DNA of 64,000 nt from Zancudomyces culisetae HAW-14-8 (lineage: Eukaryota > Fungi > Kickxellomycota): NCBI GenBank assembly GCA_052426225.1, contig JBNJNM010000008.1, forward strand, positions 1,178,001 to 1,242,000. The letters run 5' to 3'. The first letter of the stretch is position 1, and each line of letters opens with the position of its first letter. Of this stretch, positions 12,134 to 24,352 are shown one piece after another. The position numbers and the translations under genes were made by a program. The notes below the pieces were generated by a model, which did not search any database, was not told where the DNA came from, and was given only the letters and a program-made list of their open reading frames with translations.

Positions 12134-14560
12134 ATGGGTAAAAGAGGAAAGAAGATTGTATGGAAGAGAAGAAGGTTAGAGAGGAGCGAAAACACCGGAG
12201 AGCGAAGAAACTGGGACAATCAGGAGCTGGTAAGGGACAATGAAGATTTCGTGCGATACTACCGGGCACAGAATATTGTGCAGAGCGAGGAAGAGTGGGA
12301 GCAGTTTATGCAGAGTATGAAAACTGGACTTCCAATTTCGTTTAGAATAACAGGAACCAGAAAACAGGCACAAGAGCTGCAACAGTTGATTGAGAATGAA
12401 ATCAAGCCGTTGATGGAAAATGTAATGCCACAAGTAGAAGATGCGATTAAAGCTGAAGATGAAAGTGAAGGCAAAGATGAAGGCGAAAGTGAAAGTGCGG
12501 TTAAGGTTGAGGTTGAGGGTCAGAATGGAAAAGAAAAGAAGGCCATGGTTGGAAGAAGCGGGCCACAGCCAATAGAATGGTATCCATATAAAGGGTTGGC
12601 ATATACGTTTGATATTGGTCGAAGAGAGTTAAAGAGATCAAAGGAGCTTAATGACTTTCACAAGTTTTTGGTGACAGAAACAGAGATTGGAAACATAAGT
12701 CGCCAGGAAGAAGTCAGCATGATTCCACCACTGTTGTTGGACGTAAAGCCAAACCATGCCGTTCTTGATTTGTGTGCAGCACCAGGATCAAAGACTGCAC
12801 AGCTACTAGAGCTTATCCACAATGATCGGGATAATGTAGGTGACAATGAAATACCGGAAGGGATAGTAGTGGCTAACGATGCGAACTATAAGCGAGCATG
12901 TATGTTGGTTCGGCAGACAAATAGACTCTGCAGCCCAAGTCTGGTGGTAACAAACCATAGTGGAGAGCGATTCCCAACATTGAATATATACACAAATGTA
13001 GATGGAAGCAGCGATAATGGTGGTAGCAAAAAGGGGAAAAGAAAGTATCAGTTTGATAGAGTATTGGCAGATGTTCCATGCAGTGGAGACGGAACATTAC
13101 GCAAGAATCTAGGAATTTGGAACACATGGAAGTTTAAGGAGGCCAACAACTTGCATAAAATCCAGGTGCGTCTGCTAACAAGGGCAGTTCATTTGACAAA
13201 ACCGGGTGGCAAGATAGTGTATTCGACATGTTCATTGAATCCAATAGAAAACGAGGCAGTTATTGCAACTGTATTGAATATGTTTGGCCAAGATACACTT
13301 CAGTTGCTTGATGAGGCACCCAAAAGATTGCCTAAATTGAAACGAAATCCTGGATTGGGTAGCTGGAAGGTATTTAACAATGATGGGTTTGAAGTGACCG
13401 AGCGTCAAGATGAAAATGGGGACGAAAAGGAGCAGTACAAGACATTTTTCCCACCCAAGAACATCGAGGAGCTTGGAATTGAAAAGTGTGTTAGAATTTT
13501 GCCACATTTACAAAACACAGGAGGATTCTTTGTTGCTGTTTTGCAGAAGCTCGAGTCCAGTAAAGATAGCGAAAACAATGTCGAAAGTCAGGATGAAGTG
13601 AAAAGTGAGGTCGAGCAGGAAAGCAATGTTAAGCCAGAAACCGAAATGGAATTGGATTCCTCAGCAGAGACCAAAGATTTCACAGAGGAAGGAGACATCA
13701 AACAGGAGTTGGAAAACCCACCGGTTGATCCGGCATTGTTGGAGAATCCATTCACGTTTTTGGAGGTGGGACAGGATACAACTCTAAAGCGAATTTTGGA
13801 ATACTACGGAATTATAGCGAAGGATAGCGATTGTGGTGGTGATAGTAGTAATAGCAATGAAAAGTTGAATAAGGGAGCGTTTTTGATTCGTACTGAGGAT
13901 AGTCAAAAAGAAAATACCAGCCAAGATAACGCTGATGAGAAAAATGAGGAGATAAGTGAAGAGAAAAACGACGAGAAAGGTGAAAAGAAGGGAAAAGGAT
14001 TCAACAGCATCTACTTTGTTACTCAAAAGGTTAAACAACTACTCACAGCCAGCAAAAACAGCGCAAATCTGCGTGTAGTAAATACCGGAGTCAAGCTATT
14101 TGCAAAGCCTCCATCAAAGGACTCTGGTTTTGAGTTTAGATTGGCATCAGAAGGTATCCCATTGTTTCTACAGCTTTTGTTTAACAGCGGTGACAGCAAT
14201 AGCCATGTCGAGTCTGGTGAAAAACGAACGGTGGTTATGGAAATCAAGGACATTGCCGATTTCAAGGCACTTTTGCTTCTCAAAAACCCTCGCTTTGACC
14301 AGCTTGGCGACCAGGACTTGATATCTCGAATCAAATCAGTTACTTTGCCTCAGACATCCCTGGTTGTATACCACAACCATGTCAACAGCAACGGTACCCA
14401 CAGTTTGATTCACCTGCCGGTGTGGCGTGGTGTCAACTCTCTCAGCTTGCATATCAACAAGAACATTTTGCGTTCCATCATGTTTAGAGTCTTTGGGTTT
14501 AATAGTGATATTGCGAAGGATGCCAATTTCTCATTGGACAACAATAAACGATCCCAATGA
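12134..14560 (+). CDS. NCL1: tRNA (cytosine-5)-methyltransferase Trm4/Ncl1/NSUN2
   Basis: ISRQEEVSMIPP, VLDLCAAPGSKT, DRVLADVPCSGDGTLRKN, YSTCSLNPIENE, PHLQNTGGFFVA. First ATG at 12134. Confidence 0.96.
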   Translation: MGKRGKKIVWKRRRLERSENTGERRNWDNQELVRDNEDFVRYYRAQNIVQSEEEWEQFMQSMKTGLPISFRITGTRKQAQELQQLIENEIKPLMENVMPQVEDAIKAEDESEGKDEGESESAVKVEVEGQNGKEKKAMVGRSGPQPIEWYPYKGLAYTFDIGRRELKRSKELNDFHKFLVTETEIGNISRQEEVSMIPPLLLDVKPNHAVLDLCAAPGSKTAQLLELIHNDRDNVGDNEIPEGIVVANDANYKRACMLVRQTNRLCSPSLVVTNHSGERFPTLNIYTNVDGSSDNGGSKKGKRKYQFDRVLADVPCSGDGTLRKNLGIWNTWKFKEANNLHKIQVRLLTRAVHLTKPGGKIVYSTCSLNPIENEAVIATVLNMFGQDTLQLLDEAPKRLPKLKRNPGLGSWKVFNNDGFEVTERQDENGDEKEQYKTFFPPKNIEELGIEKCVRILPHLQNTGGFFVAVLQKLESSKDSENNVESQDEVKSEVEQESNVKPETEMELDSSAETKDFTEEGDIKQELENPPVDPALLENPFTFLEVGQDTTLKRILEYYGIIAKDSDCGGDSSNSNEKLNKGAFLIRTEDSQKENTSQDNADEKNEEISEEKNDEKGEKKGKGFNSIYFVTQKVKQLLTASKNSANLRVVNTGVKLFAKPPSKDSGFEFRLASEGIPLFLQLLFNSGDSNSHVESGEKRTVVMEIKDIADFKALLLLKNPRFDQLGDQDLISRIKSVTLPQTSLVVYHNHVNSNGTHSLIHLPVWRGVNSLSLHINKNILRSIMFRVFGFNSDIAKDANFSLDNNKRSQ

Positions 14561-14848
14561 TTTTATCTTTTTTTTTTTCAGTTTATTCAGATTTTTCAGT
14601 TTTTTTAAAGTTTGTTTATATTTATTTGATTAATTGAAGCGAAGTGGCGGAAACGTACTTGGTAGGTGGCCAGGAGGATTGGGTTTACCTTTGGTCAAAA
14701 ATATGATTTAAATTATAAAAAAAATTTTTTTTTACTTTTTATAATGTCTGCTATTATTATTTACTATTTAAAATTGTTTGCAATTTGATAATATATGGCT
14801 AAATCAAATTAATACATAACCATAAATAAAAAGTATAGAAAACCAAAA

Positions 14849-16693
14849 ATGCAAGAGCAAGAGCAAGAACAAATGCAAATGCAGAATATAGACGAGAGTA
14901 CCAGTAAAAGCCAACCACCTCTAGTACTGTGTAAGAGCTGTTCCAGTCGGGTTGTGGTGCCTGCCGAAGTACGCAAGGGTATCGTGGTGGCAACTATGAC
15001 CAATGCTGGCGGAGATGGTAAAACGAGTACCACTGGGGACGAAAAGGCAGGATCGTGCCAATTGTGTGCAGGCCTGCTGAGCAGTGATAACCTAGAGCAT
15101 ACAGCGAGCTTGATTATATCTGGTTTGGATCGATATGAGACTACCGACTATTCGCTTTTTATAGGGCTGCCGATATCAGTAGAGCAGATACTGCCAACCG
15201 TGTTTATAAAGGCATATAGCCAACCCAGTGCAGCTTCAGAACAGAATGGAGATGGTGGAAATGGAATGGCCAAAACAGAGGTGGTAATAAAGGAGGAGGT
15301 GAAAAAGGTGTACAGACAATTGGTGAGTGATTTGGTGCTTTCCAAGGGAAAAGATAAAAAATATACTTGTGTGACTGACAGCCAAGTACAGGTGACAATC
15401 CAGGTAGTTGATAAAGGAACCGATGTAAATACACTCAAAAAACTTTTGTTTCACAACAGCAAAAGTATTGATGCGAATTCAGGTAGTGGTGGAGCAGGTT
15501 ACAAAAAGAACAAAAACATAAAAGTTTCAAAGGAATCATTTAGGAAATTATCAACACTTCATGAGAGCAACGACAATGGTAGTACTGGAAAGGGAGAAAG
15601 TGGAGATATAGAGCTACTACAAAGTATAGCAAGGAATGTGGAATTGGATATCCAACTGGAGAGGGTGAGACGGACGAGTTACTATTTGGGTGGAAGGTAC
15701 AACAAATACAGCCGCAAAATCAGTCAAACACCAATGTTCAAGGGAATGCAGTCGGTATCCGACGTGATTCTAACTGCTGGCAGCTACCAAGATGGCGAAG
15801 ATGGATTTAGGGAGGTATTTGGGCTCGGAAACTCTGATAAGGGTGTGCAGGAAGGTGGAATTGACGACTTTGTGACACAGACCAAATTTGTTGGTTCAGG
15901 TCGTGAAGATGTCGATGTGTTAATGTTAGGATCAGGGAGACCATTTTATTTCGAATTGCTTGATTGCACACGCAGGTTGGACAACATTACGCCGCAGTCA
16001 ATAAAGCTACTGGAGGAGAAAATTAACCGCAATGCCACTGGTAAACTCTTGGGTGAAGATGGTGAAAGTGGTGATAAAGCAATAGTCAAAGTCGACAAAC
16101 TGCAGTTGATCGGTGAGCAGCAAACCAGAATCATCAAGCACGAACAGGAAGAATATGCCAAACGCAAGGAGTATTCATGTTTGTTGTGGATTGGAGAAAA
16201 CAATAATCATAAAAAACCACATTTAAATACACAAGAAAAGTTCACAGAAAATGGAGATAATACTAATAATAATAATAACGATTACGAGTTGAATCGATTT
16301 ATTGGTGAATATATGAAACTAGATGGGGATAAAATACAATTGGTATTGGATAAACCATTTACAATCAACCAAAAGACACCAGTCCGAGTGTTGCATCGCC
16401 GAGCAAACACCACACGCGCACGTACAATCCATACTATGACACTTAAACGTCATCCCCAAACTGAAAACAGCAGTAGCCATCTGTACATATTGCATCTGAC
16501 AACCGACTCGGGAACATACATTAAGGAATTTGTGCACGGCGATTTGGGTCGCACAGTTCCTTCACTGGCCGACATTCTCACTCGGAAAACTGAAATTGTG
16601 ACGGAGAATAACAATAACAGTAGTAGTGACAGTGAATTATTTATAGATCTGTTGGAACTAAACGTGCAGCACGTCGATTTGCCGTTTCCATAG
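14849..16693 (+). CDS. PUS10: tRNA pseudouridine synthase Pus10
   Basis: GRYNKYSRKISQTP, GSGREDVDVLMLGSGRPF (catalytic Asp motif), QKTPVRVLHRR, GTYIKEFVHGDLGRTVPSL; N-terminal CxxC pairs. Confidence 0.94.
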   Translation: MQEQEQEQMQMQNIDESTSKSQPPLVLCKSCSSRVVVPAEVRKGIVVATMTNAGGDGKTSTTGDEKAGSCQLCAGLLSSDNLEHTASLIISGLDRYETTDYSLFIGLPISVEQILPTVFIKAYSQPSAASEQNGDGGNGMAKTEVVIKEEVKKVYRQLVSDLVLSKGKDKKYTCVTDSQVQVTIQVVDKGTDVNTLKKLLFHNSKSIDANSGSGGAGYKKNKNIKVSKESFRKLSTLHESNDNGSTGKGESGDIELLQSIARNVELDIQLERVRRTSYYLGGRYNKYSRKISQTPMFKGMQSVSDVILTAGSYQDGEDGFREVFGLGNSDKGVQEGGIDDFVTQTKFVGSGREDVDVLMLGSGRPFYFELLDCTRRLDNITPQSIKLLEEKINRNATGKLLGEDGESGDKAIVKVDKLQLIGEQQTRIIKHEQEEYAKRKEYSCLLWIGENNNHKKPHLNTQEKFTENGDNTNNNNNDYELNRFIGEYMKLDGDKIQLVLDKPFTINQKTPVRVLHRRANTTRARTIHTMTLKRHPQTENSSSHLYILHLTTDSGTYIKEFVHGDLGRTVPSLADILTRKTEIVTENNNNSSSDSELFIDLLELNVQHVDLPFP

Positions 16694-16982
16694 CTCTGAT
16701 AACCTTGCCGACATGCACGACCAACACCTGTACGCTGATTCCCAGTGTTGCCGCCATGAACACGAGCAGCTGTGCGTATTCGCGGTGCATTGCACCCCAT
16801 GTTTGCTGCGAGTTGACGCTGGCGCTGAAGTATTCGACCAATTGTTCTCCGATTCGATACTTTTTCGGGCTGCTGGCTGCAGATGTTGATGTATCTTTTG
16901 GTCGGAATGTTAATAGCGATGCAAACGGTGGGATTTCTTGCATTTCTATCTGATTATTATTACTCTTGTTGCTATTATTATT

Positions 16983-17019
<37 letters not shown>

Positions 17020-18895
17020 TTATCGCCAATAGACGTATTATTGCTTATAGAATTTATCAGTGTGAATCGTTTGTCTCTATTTGTTATTGCATAAAATTCT
17101 TTGCCCAAATTAATTCGGTTTTTGTGGAAAAAGTTTGTTCCATCAAGTGCCACTTTGCGATTAATAAATCTCGTATATTCACCAACACTATTTTGATGTT
17201 TATTTATTAGTTCCAAGTACTGTGTAGCAAGAATCTGCATCACTTGATCGATTCCAATATTAATTCCACACCTAGGATCCTCACCACTCCTATTTTCATT
17301 TTCATTTGCATTTTCATTTGCATTTTCATTTGCATTCTCGATCCTGTTTGTATTCTTACTTGTGTTTAAAAAATCAAATTCATTGTTAATTGCAACTCTT
17401 TCAATCCCATCAAACCCATATACCATCTTCATTACAAGAATAACTCCAGCTGCAACCACTCCCTCTTCGGTAATACTTCGTATACTTCCTCCCTTTGATT
17501 CGATTCGCTTAAATTTACTTGTTTTACCCGTCGACAATAAAAACATTGGCACATCGATATGCCGCACGACCGCGTCCACAACCACCTGCAAATGCATTCC
17601 GTGCAGCTGCCAAGGAACCAGCTTGTTAATTAGCAGGTATCGGTTGGCAATAGGAACATATATTCCAAAATTCTCCTGGTAGTATCGACTCAGTTTCACT
17701 AGATTGTACCGCAGCAAACTCATTCGTGGTGCTCTTTTCAGTTGCAACATAGCTAGATGTGAATTCTTCATACGTTCTCGCCAACTTACTGGAATAACCC
17801 GTGTCATATTAACATACGGAATCTGTTCGGTCACAAGTAGCCTCTGGATCTCTGCCAGTGTAACCACTGGAACTATCCGCAGAATATGCATTCCAATATA
17901 GATTATTACAATCAACCAATGCTGCTCAATTTCTCCCACTTGTGTAGTTAGCCCTGTTCTTTCTCGTGGTCGAACCCTGTATCTTGTACCTCGGAAAACA
18001 CCTTCATACACCCGTCTTCGATTTGTTCGTCCATATCGGTATTTAGCGTCCTGAGCTTTATGTTTTTTGCTGCGCCTACCCTTATTTTTGCCCTCTTTAT
18101 GAGTTTCTGTACCCGTATCTATATCTGTATTGCCACTATTAGTATCTCTGTCCTTACTATCACTATTCTCTTCCTCCAACCCTTGCAGTAAATCATCGAT
18201 TTCTTTATTTTCCTGATCTTCAATATCGCTATGCTCTCCGAATTCATCAATGCCACTACCTACTTTACCAACCTCATCTAGTCCGTGTAGTTCCTCGTCG
18301 TCCTCTTTAAATCCTTCCATATCAATAGACGATACCAAAAGCATCCACAACTCTTTAACAATTTGCTATTTGTATTTGTTTTATAGTTTGTTAGATTATC
18401 CAAGATCCCATAATAAGTGATAAAAAAAAAACAAAGAAATCAAAACCACTATAAAAATAAAAATATCTATAACAATAACAATTTTTATATTACCTCAAGT
18501 TCCCTGGTCAGTCCAAATTCTTCTATTACCACTTCCAGTTGCGTCTGTAAAATTACTTGGTAACATTTTAGTAACAAATAATCTGCTCGTTGTTGTTCGT
18601 ACTTTTCCACAGTTTCTATAACAAATTGTTTTTTTGTTGTTCTTCCTCGTCTAAGCGCCCCAGTTTGATATTCAACTTGCTCCTCAATGAAGCCTGTATA
18701 TACATGTCCGTATTCACATTCCAACCGCCCTTCCCATGTCTTTCGTAATCTGACAGAGTTACATATTTGACAGCGCCTTTTGGCTCGTTTTGCGACTTTG
18801 TTTATATTCGCTTCGTTTGTTTTACCAACGTAGTCTGCAAATTTGGTATATCGCTGGCTAAAACTGGAGATCTTGTACCTTTCCAGCTGTGACAT
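16641..18895 (-). CDS. RRN7: RNA polymerase I core factor subunit Rrn7/TAF1B; 2 exons
   Basis: N-terminal zinc ribbon CQICNS...GRLECEYGH, then YQVILQTQL and ELWMLL helices. Exons 18895-18494 and 18365-16641 with a phase-0 GT-AG intron. Confidence 0.8.
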
Positions 18896-21097
18896 TTTAT
18901 TTTTTCTTTTCTTTTTTTGTTATTTATTTCTTGAATTACCAATCAGTAAAGTAAAATAATATTAAAAAATCCTCAAGGTATAATCAGGAGCATTCGCAAG
19001 AGATTATGTAAATTATTTTTTTTCTGCAAAAGTTTTGTATATTGTATTGTACCAACAGTGTACTGTTATAACTAGAGTTTATTTTTGTCGAATTCACAGT
19101 GATTCTTGATTTAGTTTTAGCATTTCGGAGAGATGATTTCTTTAATCAAAGTCTGGGTTTTATATTTGCTATGTAAAAATATAAATCCAATATGTTTAAA
19201 TCATCGAGAACACTTATTTTTCATTTAGCTTGGGAACACTTCAAAAATATATTCATTTGATTTTTATATAATTTTTTTTTCTAACAAGAGTCATAATATA
19301 TGTAAAAACCAACAAAGTAGAATTGAGACCACTTTTATTAACTTGCAAGTGCGTCAATGGTAGTTAGCACACCTTAATAAACGGGTTTATGGCTTCTAAG
19401 ATTTTGCAAAAAAATAAAAATAAAGAAAAGAAAAACAAACTGTACAATGTTTGCTTGTACATGTGTACTTTCAAGAGGTACACTAACGCAAAAAAACAAA
19501 AGTCAAAGAAAGCAAAAAAAAAATGGAGAAATTGTAAATGGATAGTGGAGGGGAAGGGGAGGGTAGATCAAGTCCCGGTGTTCTGGAACATTGAGTATGC
19601 TGTGCCCGAATCACAGCCAATAGTAGCTGCTGTGCAATTATAGGATATTTTGATTGGTTTTTCTTTTTTGTTTCTTTTTTTTTTTCAAATTATACCAAAA
19701 GGTTAGAAAACAAAGAAAGAGGAGGTTGGGTGGTGGTGGTGGTGGCGGTGGCGGTGAAAGTCAGAAGCGGAAAGTGCTGAGACCAAAAGGGTATTTTATG
19801 ACTTTAATATACAGATTCTATTTTCCTGCAAGAAACTAGTATGGAGTCTTCAAGTGACTATTTTATCCAAAAAAAAAAAAGATTTTGTGATGTGAAAAGT
19901 AAAGGGAGCTTGAAACGGCTAGTCATTTTTGTCTCAAGAAGGTTCAATTCATGTGATGATAACATTTGGTGGAATATTAAAGGCGTGCAAGTGGGTAAGG
20001 CTGGATCTAAAAAAATCAAAAAACAGTCTATAATAGTAAAAATAAAAGTAAAAAAGCCACAAGTTCACCAAACAAAAGTCTTATTTCAAAACATGAAAAA
20101 TAAAATTGTGTATACTTAATAGAAGGGAGTTTGCTGGAAATAGTACATGTTCTATATTCTCAAAATAGATAAATAAATACAAGCAAGGGGAGTAAGAAAT
20201 ATAAAACAGCCTCAATCTGTATTTTTTTATATATAGCTTTTGTTTGTAATATTCAACACACAATGGGAGAACAATCTCAAAAAAAATTTTTTTTTAAATT
20301 GTTTATTGTACTATATTGTATACTACTTGTTTTTAATACGGAATTTTTTTACCACCAGAATTATGAGGTAAAAAAAAAATTTTTTTCTTTTAATATGACT
20401 GAGAAAATTTGTGGCCAAAAAAATAACCAATTTTTAAATGAGAATTGTGCAATTTAATGTGCACTAAAAAAGAAAAAAAATACGGAAAAAAAATTCATCA
20501 CCAAAATTAAATTGATTAGCAATAATATAGTGGATAGTTTATTAATCTGGAAACTGGAATGGAATGGACCAAAAAAAAAATAGTTAAAAAGAAAAAGTGA
20601 AACCCATGAAATTACCTAATTTCGAGGTCGTTATTAATTGATTCTCTGTACTCTTTTTTCTTATCCTCTAGATTTTTAGTATATCAAATTGGTTACAAAG
20701 CGTTATAAACCTACCTTTGTATTTTTTTAATTTTTTTTTTTGGTTTGTGCCATATCTTATCTGTAGGATTTGGATATACTTACTTATAGAGATATTTCGG
20801 TTTGCTTGCAAGATAGTCTTTTAAAAACTAAACAGTGGGTTTAATTATATATATTTATCTAAGTATTGGTATAGACGGTCATCAATTTTAATAGCAGTAT
20901 AAGCATAAAACATTAGGGAAATATAAAAAAAAAACAAGGTTAAACGAAAACGGTTGACTATATTTTTTTTTATTCAATGTACTTTTAACGAATAATTATA
21001 TTTAAAAACTAGCAAGGTGAGGACGACGTTCAATATTTTATAAGACATACGAGAGGTTGGAGGGAAACAAAAGTAAAATAGAAAAGAAAAAGCGAGA

Positions 21098-23812
21098 ATG
21101 AGCAATTCACAGGATAGAAATCCACAAGACTATGGACGATACATCGACCAATTTTTTATAAGAGACGGGAGGATAGAATTCAGCGGAGAGGGTATGGAGA
21201 ACGAAGAAGGTAGAGAAACTAGAATAGGGGATTCAGACCTGGCGCGTATCCGAGAATACAACCGGACGAATGTTGCATTTGATAATAATTCAATGTTTAT
21301 GGGACAGCAGGAAATAGACGATCTAGTTTTAGGATCTTTTTCCAACACCAGGGGTACCTCCAATGATAGTAGTGTGGTGGGAGATGCTATTCTGATGGAT
21401 TTGGAATATGGAAATGGCAGGAGAAGAACTAGACAGCAAGTAGAGGAAGAAGAAAGGGAAGGGGAAGGGGAAGGGGATGAGGGAGGAGAAGAGGAACGAG
21501 GAGGAAGTGCAGCAGTAGCAGCAGAACGAGAAAGGGCAAGACAAAGCGAGCTATATAGAACCAGAAGGGCATATGAATTATCCAGAGATGTGCTGAGGTC
21601 ATATTTAGGCAATACTCAGCTTCTGGAAGAATCTCAACAACAGCGGCGGATACTAAATGCCAGCGTAGAAATTGGGAATGTGGACCAAGGTAGTAGTAGA
21701 AGTAGTATTAGAGGTGGTAGAGGTAGAAGTAGAAGTAGAAGTAGTAGAACAATAGATAGAAGCAGGGGGGTGGGAATAAATAGGTATGGAATAGAAAGTA
21801 GGAACAGACAAAGTAGGCTGGCCGAGTCTCGACAACTGTTCTCTCGGATGTCGCCGTCGAATTATGCGAATGGGGTAGCACGTTTTGATCAAATCAACCA
21901 AAGCAGCAGTAACGATAGAAGCAGCAGTGATAATAGAACCAGTGGTGATAGCGACGATAACGCAGTGCCATCCACTATACCTGTGGGTATAGATTTTTTC
22001 CGACTAGGCGAGAATGTAAATGGGGAAGAACAAAGAAGAGAAGATTTGGGAACAATTTGGGAAGGAGAAACAAGAGTGGATCAAACAATCAATGAGGAAC
22101 TGGAGGGAATGAGTAGTGATGGATCGTCGGAGGCGCAGGATTTAATATCATCATTATTAGCAAATGGTACAACCAACCCGCGACTAGTTACCTCAATAGT
22201 GCAGCTGCCTGCGAATGGAAATGTTGAAGTCATGAACATCAATGACAATTACAATGACAATGACAATATAAATACTCGTGGTGTTCAAGAATTGCAAGCA
22301 CAACGACGCAGGCAACTGCAACGACATCAACAACACCAGCGGCACCAGGAACGGCAGCGTCGACAGCGGTTTCTTGAGTATTTGGATGGTCTGATGTCTA
22401 CAACCAATTTGCGACAGTCGTTTGACACCTTGGCGTCGACGTTTTTGTCTAATTCCGCTGCCGATTCGTCTTTTCTTGGTTCATCTGCCAATGGGTTGGC
22501 ACGGAGAACGCAACAAGAAGAGGGAAACCTGACTTCAGCATCGCTTCTTCCGCTTGGCTCTGTTTCCGACAGCCATTTGTCTTCAAATCTGCTTGACCCA
22601 AAGCATTCCGATAGCTGCAGTTGCAAGAACCACAGATCTTCTAAACATGATCGTGTGCTGCGAACTTTTGTTCACCGCACAGAATCCAATGTATCTTTGG
22701 ACAATTCTGTTTCGGCTTCCATCTCTCGAACCTATGGTCCTGCTGTCGTTTCCACTTCGCCTAATTCTCGTCTACCTCTTGCCACCCGTGTCACTTCTAT
22801 CGACTTTGAACACTCTTATTCCTGTCGTGCTGATGTCCGTGCCTTCTCCAAAAACATTGCTCCTCTGCTACACTACTCAATTGCTCGCCATAGCTTTGCC
22901 ACTTGCCATACTGCCAATCCTCGCCCTATTTTTCCATCCTGTCATCTTTCGCCCCACTGTCCTTCCTCTCTACTCATTCCCACTGCTCTGCTCTCTCCTG
23001 TAGTTCGTCTCAACCTTTCCTCTCCCAATTCTTCTCCAAATTTTACCTCTGCTATGCTTAAATGGATTTATTTTGAGGGCTCTACTCTACCTACTCTGAA
23101 TTCCAATCGCTTTTCCTCCTCCTACCTATCATCGTCACTATCTTCTTCCTCTTCTTCCTTCTCCTCCTCCTCCCCCTCCTCTTCTTCTTCCTCTTCTCCT
23201 TCTTCTCCTTCTATATCCAACTCTTTCCATCCCATTCTTTCTCATCCTTACACTATAGATCCCAACTCTTCCAACAACAACAGCAATAACAACAATACCA
23301 GAACCAGAACCAGGGCCAGAAACAACATCAATAACAATAATCAACCTGTAAATCACGCCACTGAACTTTTAATCTTTACTTCTACTGCTCCCATTTCTGA
23401 TTTCTCTGTCTTTGAAAAATATGATAATGTCGATCCTCAATCCCTCACCGACATTATCTCTGTCGATAATGATACCCAATTACATTTTCTTGCTCACGTC
23501 AAACTACGTGAAGAGCTTAAATACCGTTCTATATACGAAGTCCATAATCCAAAGACACCCTTTACATGTAGGTACCTGTATATCAAACTACTACGTTCTG
23601 AAACACCTTCCAAATATTTATCTTTTTTAAATCGTAATGGTGCTCGTACACAACTGAGCTCCAATAACGATGACAAACCTACTGCTGATGGCAATACCAC
23701 TGTGGCTGGAACTACCTCTCTCTCCTCAGTAATGTACACCAAATTGCCAAGGATTTACCTTGGTGGGATTCTTATCCCGCCTTGCACTTTTTCTCACATT
23801 CAGACCGCCTAA
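21098..23812 (+). CDS. Uncharacterised 904-aa protein, mostly low complexity, with a possible small folded C-terminal beta domain (ELLIFTS...CRYLYIKLLRS)
   Basis: Long uninterrupted ORF from ATG; no family confidently recognised. Confidence 0.75.
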   Translation: MSNSQDRNPQDYGRYIDQFFIRDGRIEFSGEGMENEEGRETRIGDSDLARIREYNRTNVAFDNNSMFMGQQEIDDLVLGSFSNTRGTSNDSSVVGDAILMDLEYGNGRRRTRQQVEEEEREGEGEGDEGGEEERGGSAAVAAERERARQSELYRTRRAYELSRDVLRSYLGNTQLLEESQQQRRILNASVEIGNVDQGSSRSSIRGGRGRSRSRSSRTIDRSRGVGINRYGIESRNRQSRLAESRQLFSRMSPSNYANGVARFDQINQSSSNDRSSSDNRTSGDSDDNAVPSTIPVGIDFFRLGENVNGEEQRREDLGTIWEGETRVDQTINEELEGMSSDGSSEAQDLISSLLANGTTNPRLVTSIVQLPANGNVEVMNINDNYNDNDNINTRGVQELQAQRRRQLQRHQQHQRHQERQRRQRFLEYLDGLMSTTNLRQSFDTLASTFLSNSAADSSFLGSSANGLARRTQQEEGNLTSASLLPLGSVSDSHLSSNLLDPKHSDSCSCKNHRSSKHDRVLRTFVHRTESNVSLDNSVSASISRTYGPAVVSTSPNSRLPLATRVTSIDFEHSYSCRADVRAFSKNIAPLLHYSIARHSFATCHTANPRPIFPSCHLSPHCPSSLLIPTALLSPVVRLNLSSPNSSPNFTSAMLKWIYFEGSTLPTLNSNRFSSSYLSSSLSSSSSSFSSSSPSSSSSSSPSSPSISNSFHPILSHPYTIDPNSSNNNSNNNNTRTRTRARNNINNNNQPVNHATELLIFTSTAPISDFSVFEKYDNVDPQSLTDIISVDNDTQLHFLAHVKLREELKYRSIYEVHNPKTPFTCRYLYIKLLRSETPSKYLSFLNRNGARTQLSSNNDDKPTADGNTTVAGTTSLSSVMYTKLPRIYLGGILIPPCTFSHIQTA

Positions 23813-24352
23813 GAATTTACTTTCTTTTTCACCGTCATGCTCTTTTTAAATAAACTGAATAATCTCTTTTTTTTTTTTCTGAACAAGCAAAGTTTACAAT
23901 TTTTTTTTTACTAGTCAACATATCAAAAGTGTATTGTTTTAAACAGCTTTTATGATTCAATTATGCTTTGAGTTGCTGTTATTTGTATTTGATTGTTCAT
24001 AAATGCAATGTTTGAGATCCCCTCTATTTACACGTTGTTTAATGCGTGTTAAATTCTCTTGTTTTTCTTTTATCTCCTTATTGGTACTATTGTTCTTAAT
24101 ATCCTGGGTACCTGAAACCAAGTGCATTTTTTAATATAGAACGACTTTTTACACTTGCTTTATCATTAAAACCATTAAAACCTGTATTTTATCTTATCTT
24201 TTTATTATACCCTGTTTTATTCTAATATATATACTTGATAATACTTATTGAACACACTTATCAACTATACTAACTTTATTGATATATTATTTACACATTA
24301 TTAATACTTGATAAAAAGGAAATATGGAACATAGATAGACGGTAACGGAACA

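Noticed and set aside
19537-19653. Short plus ORF with in-frame TGA near Cys (EH*VCC) as a possible selenoprotein
   Set aside because: No recognisable selenoprotein family motif and no SECIS-like hairpin seen.
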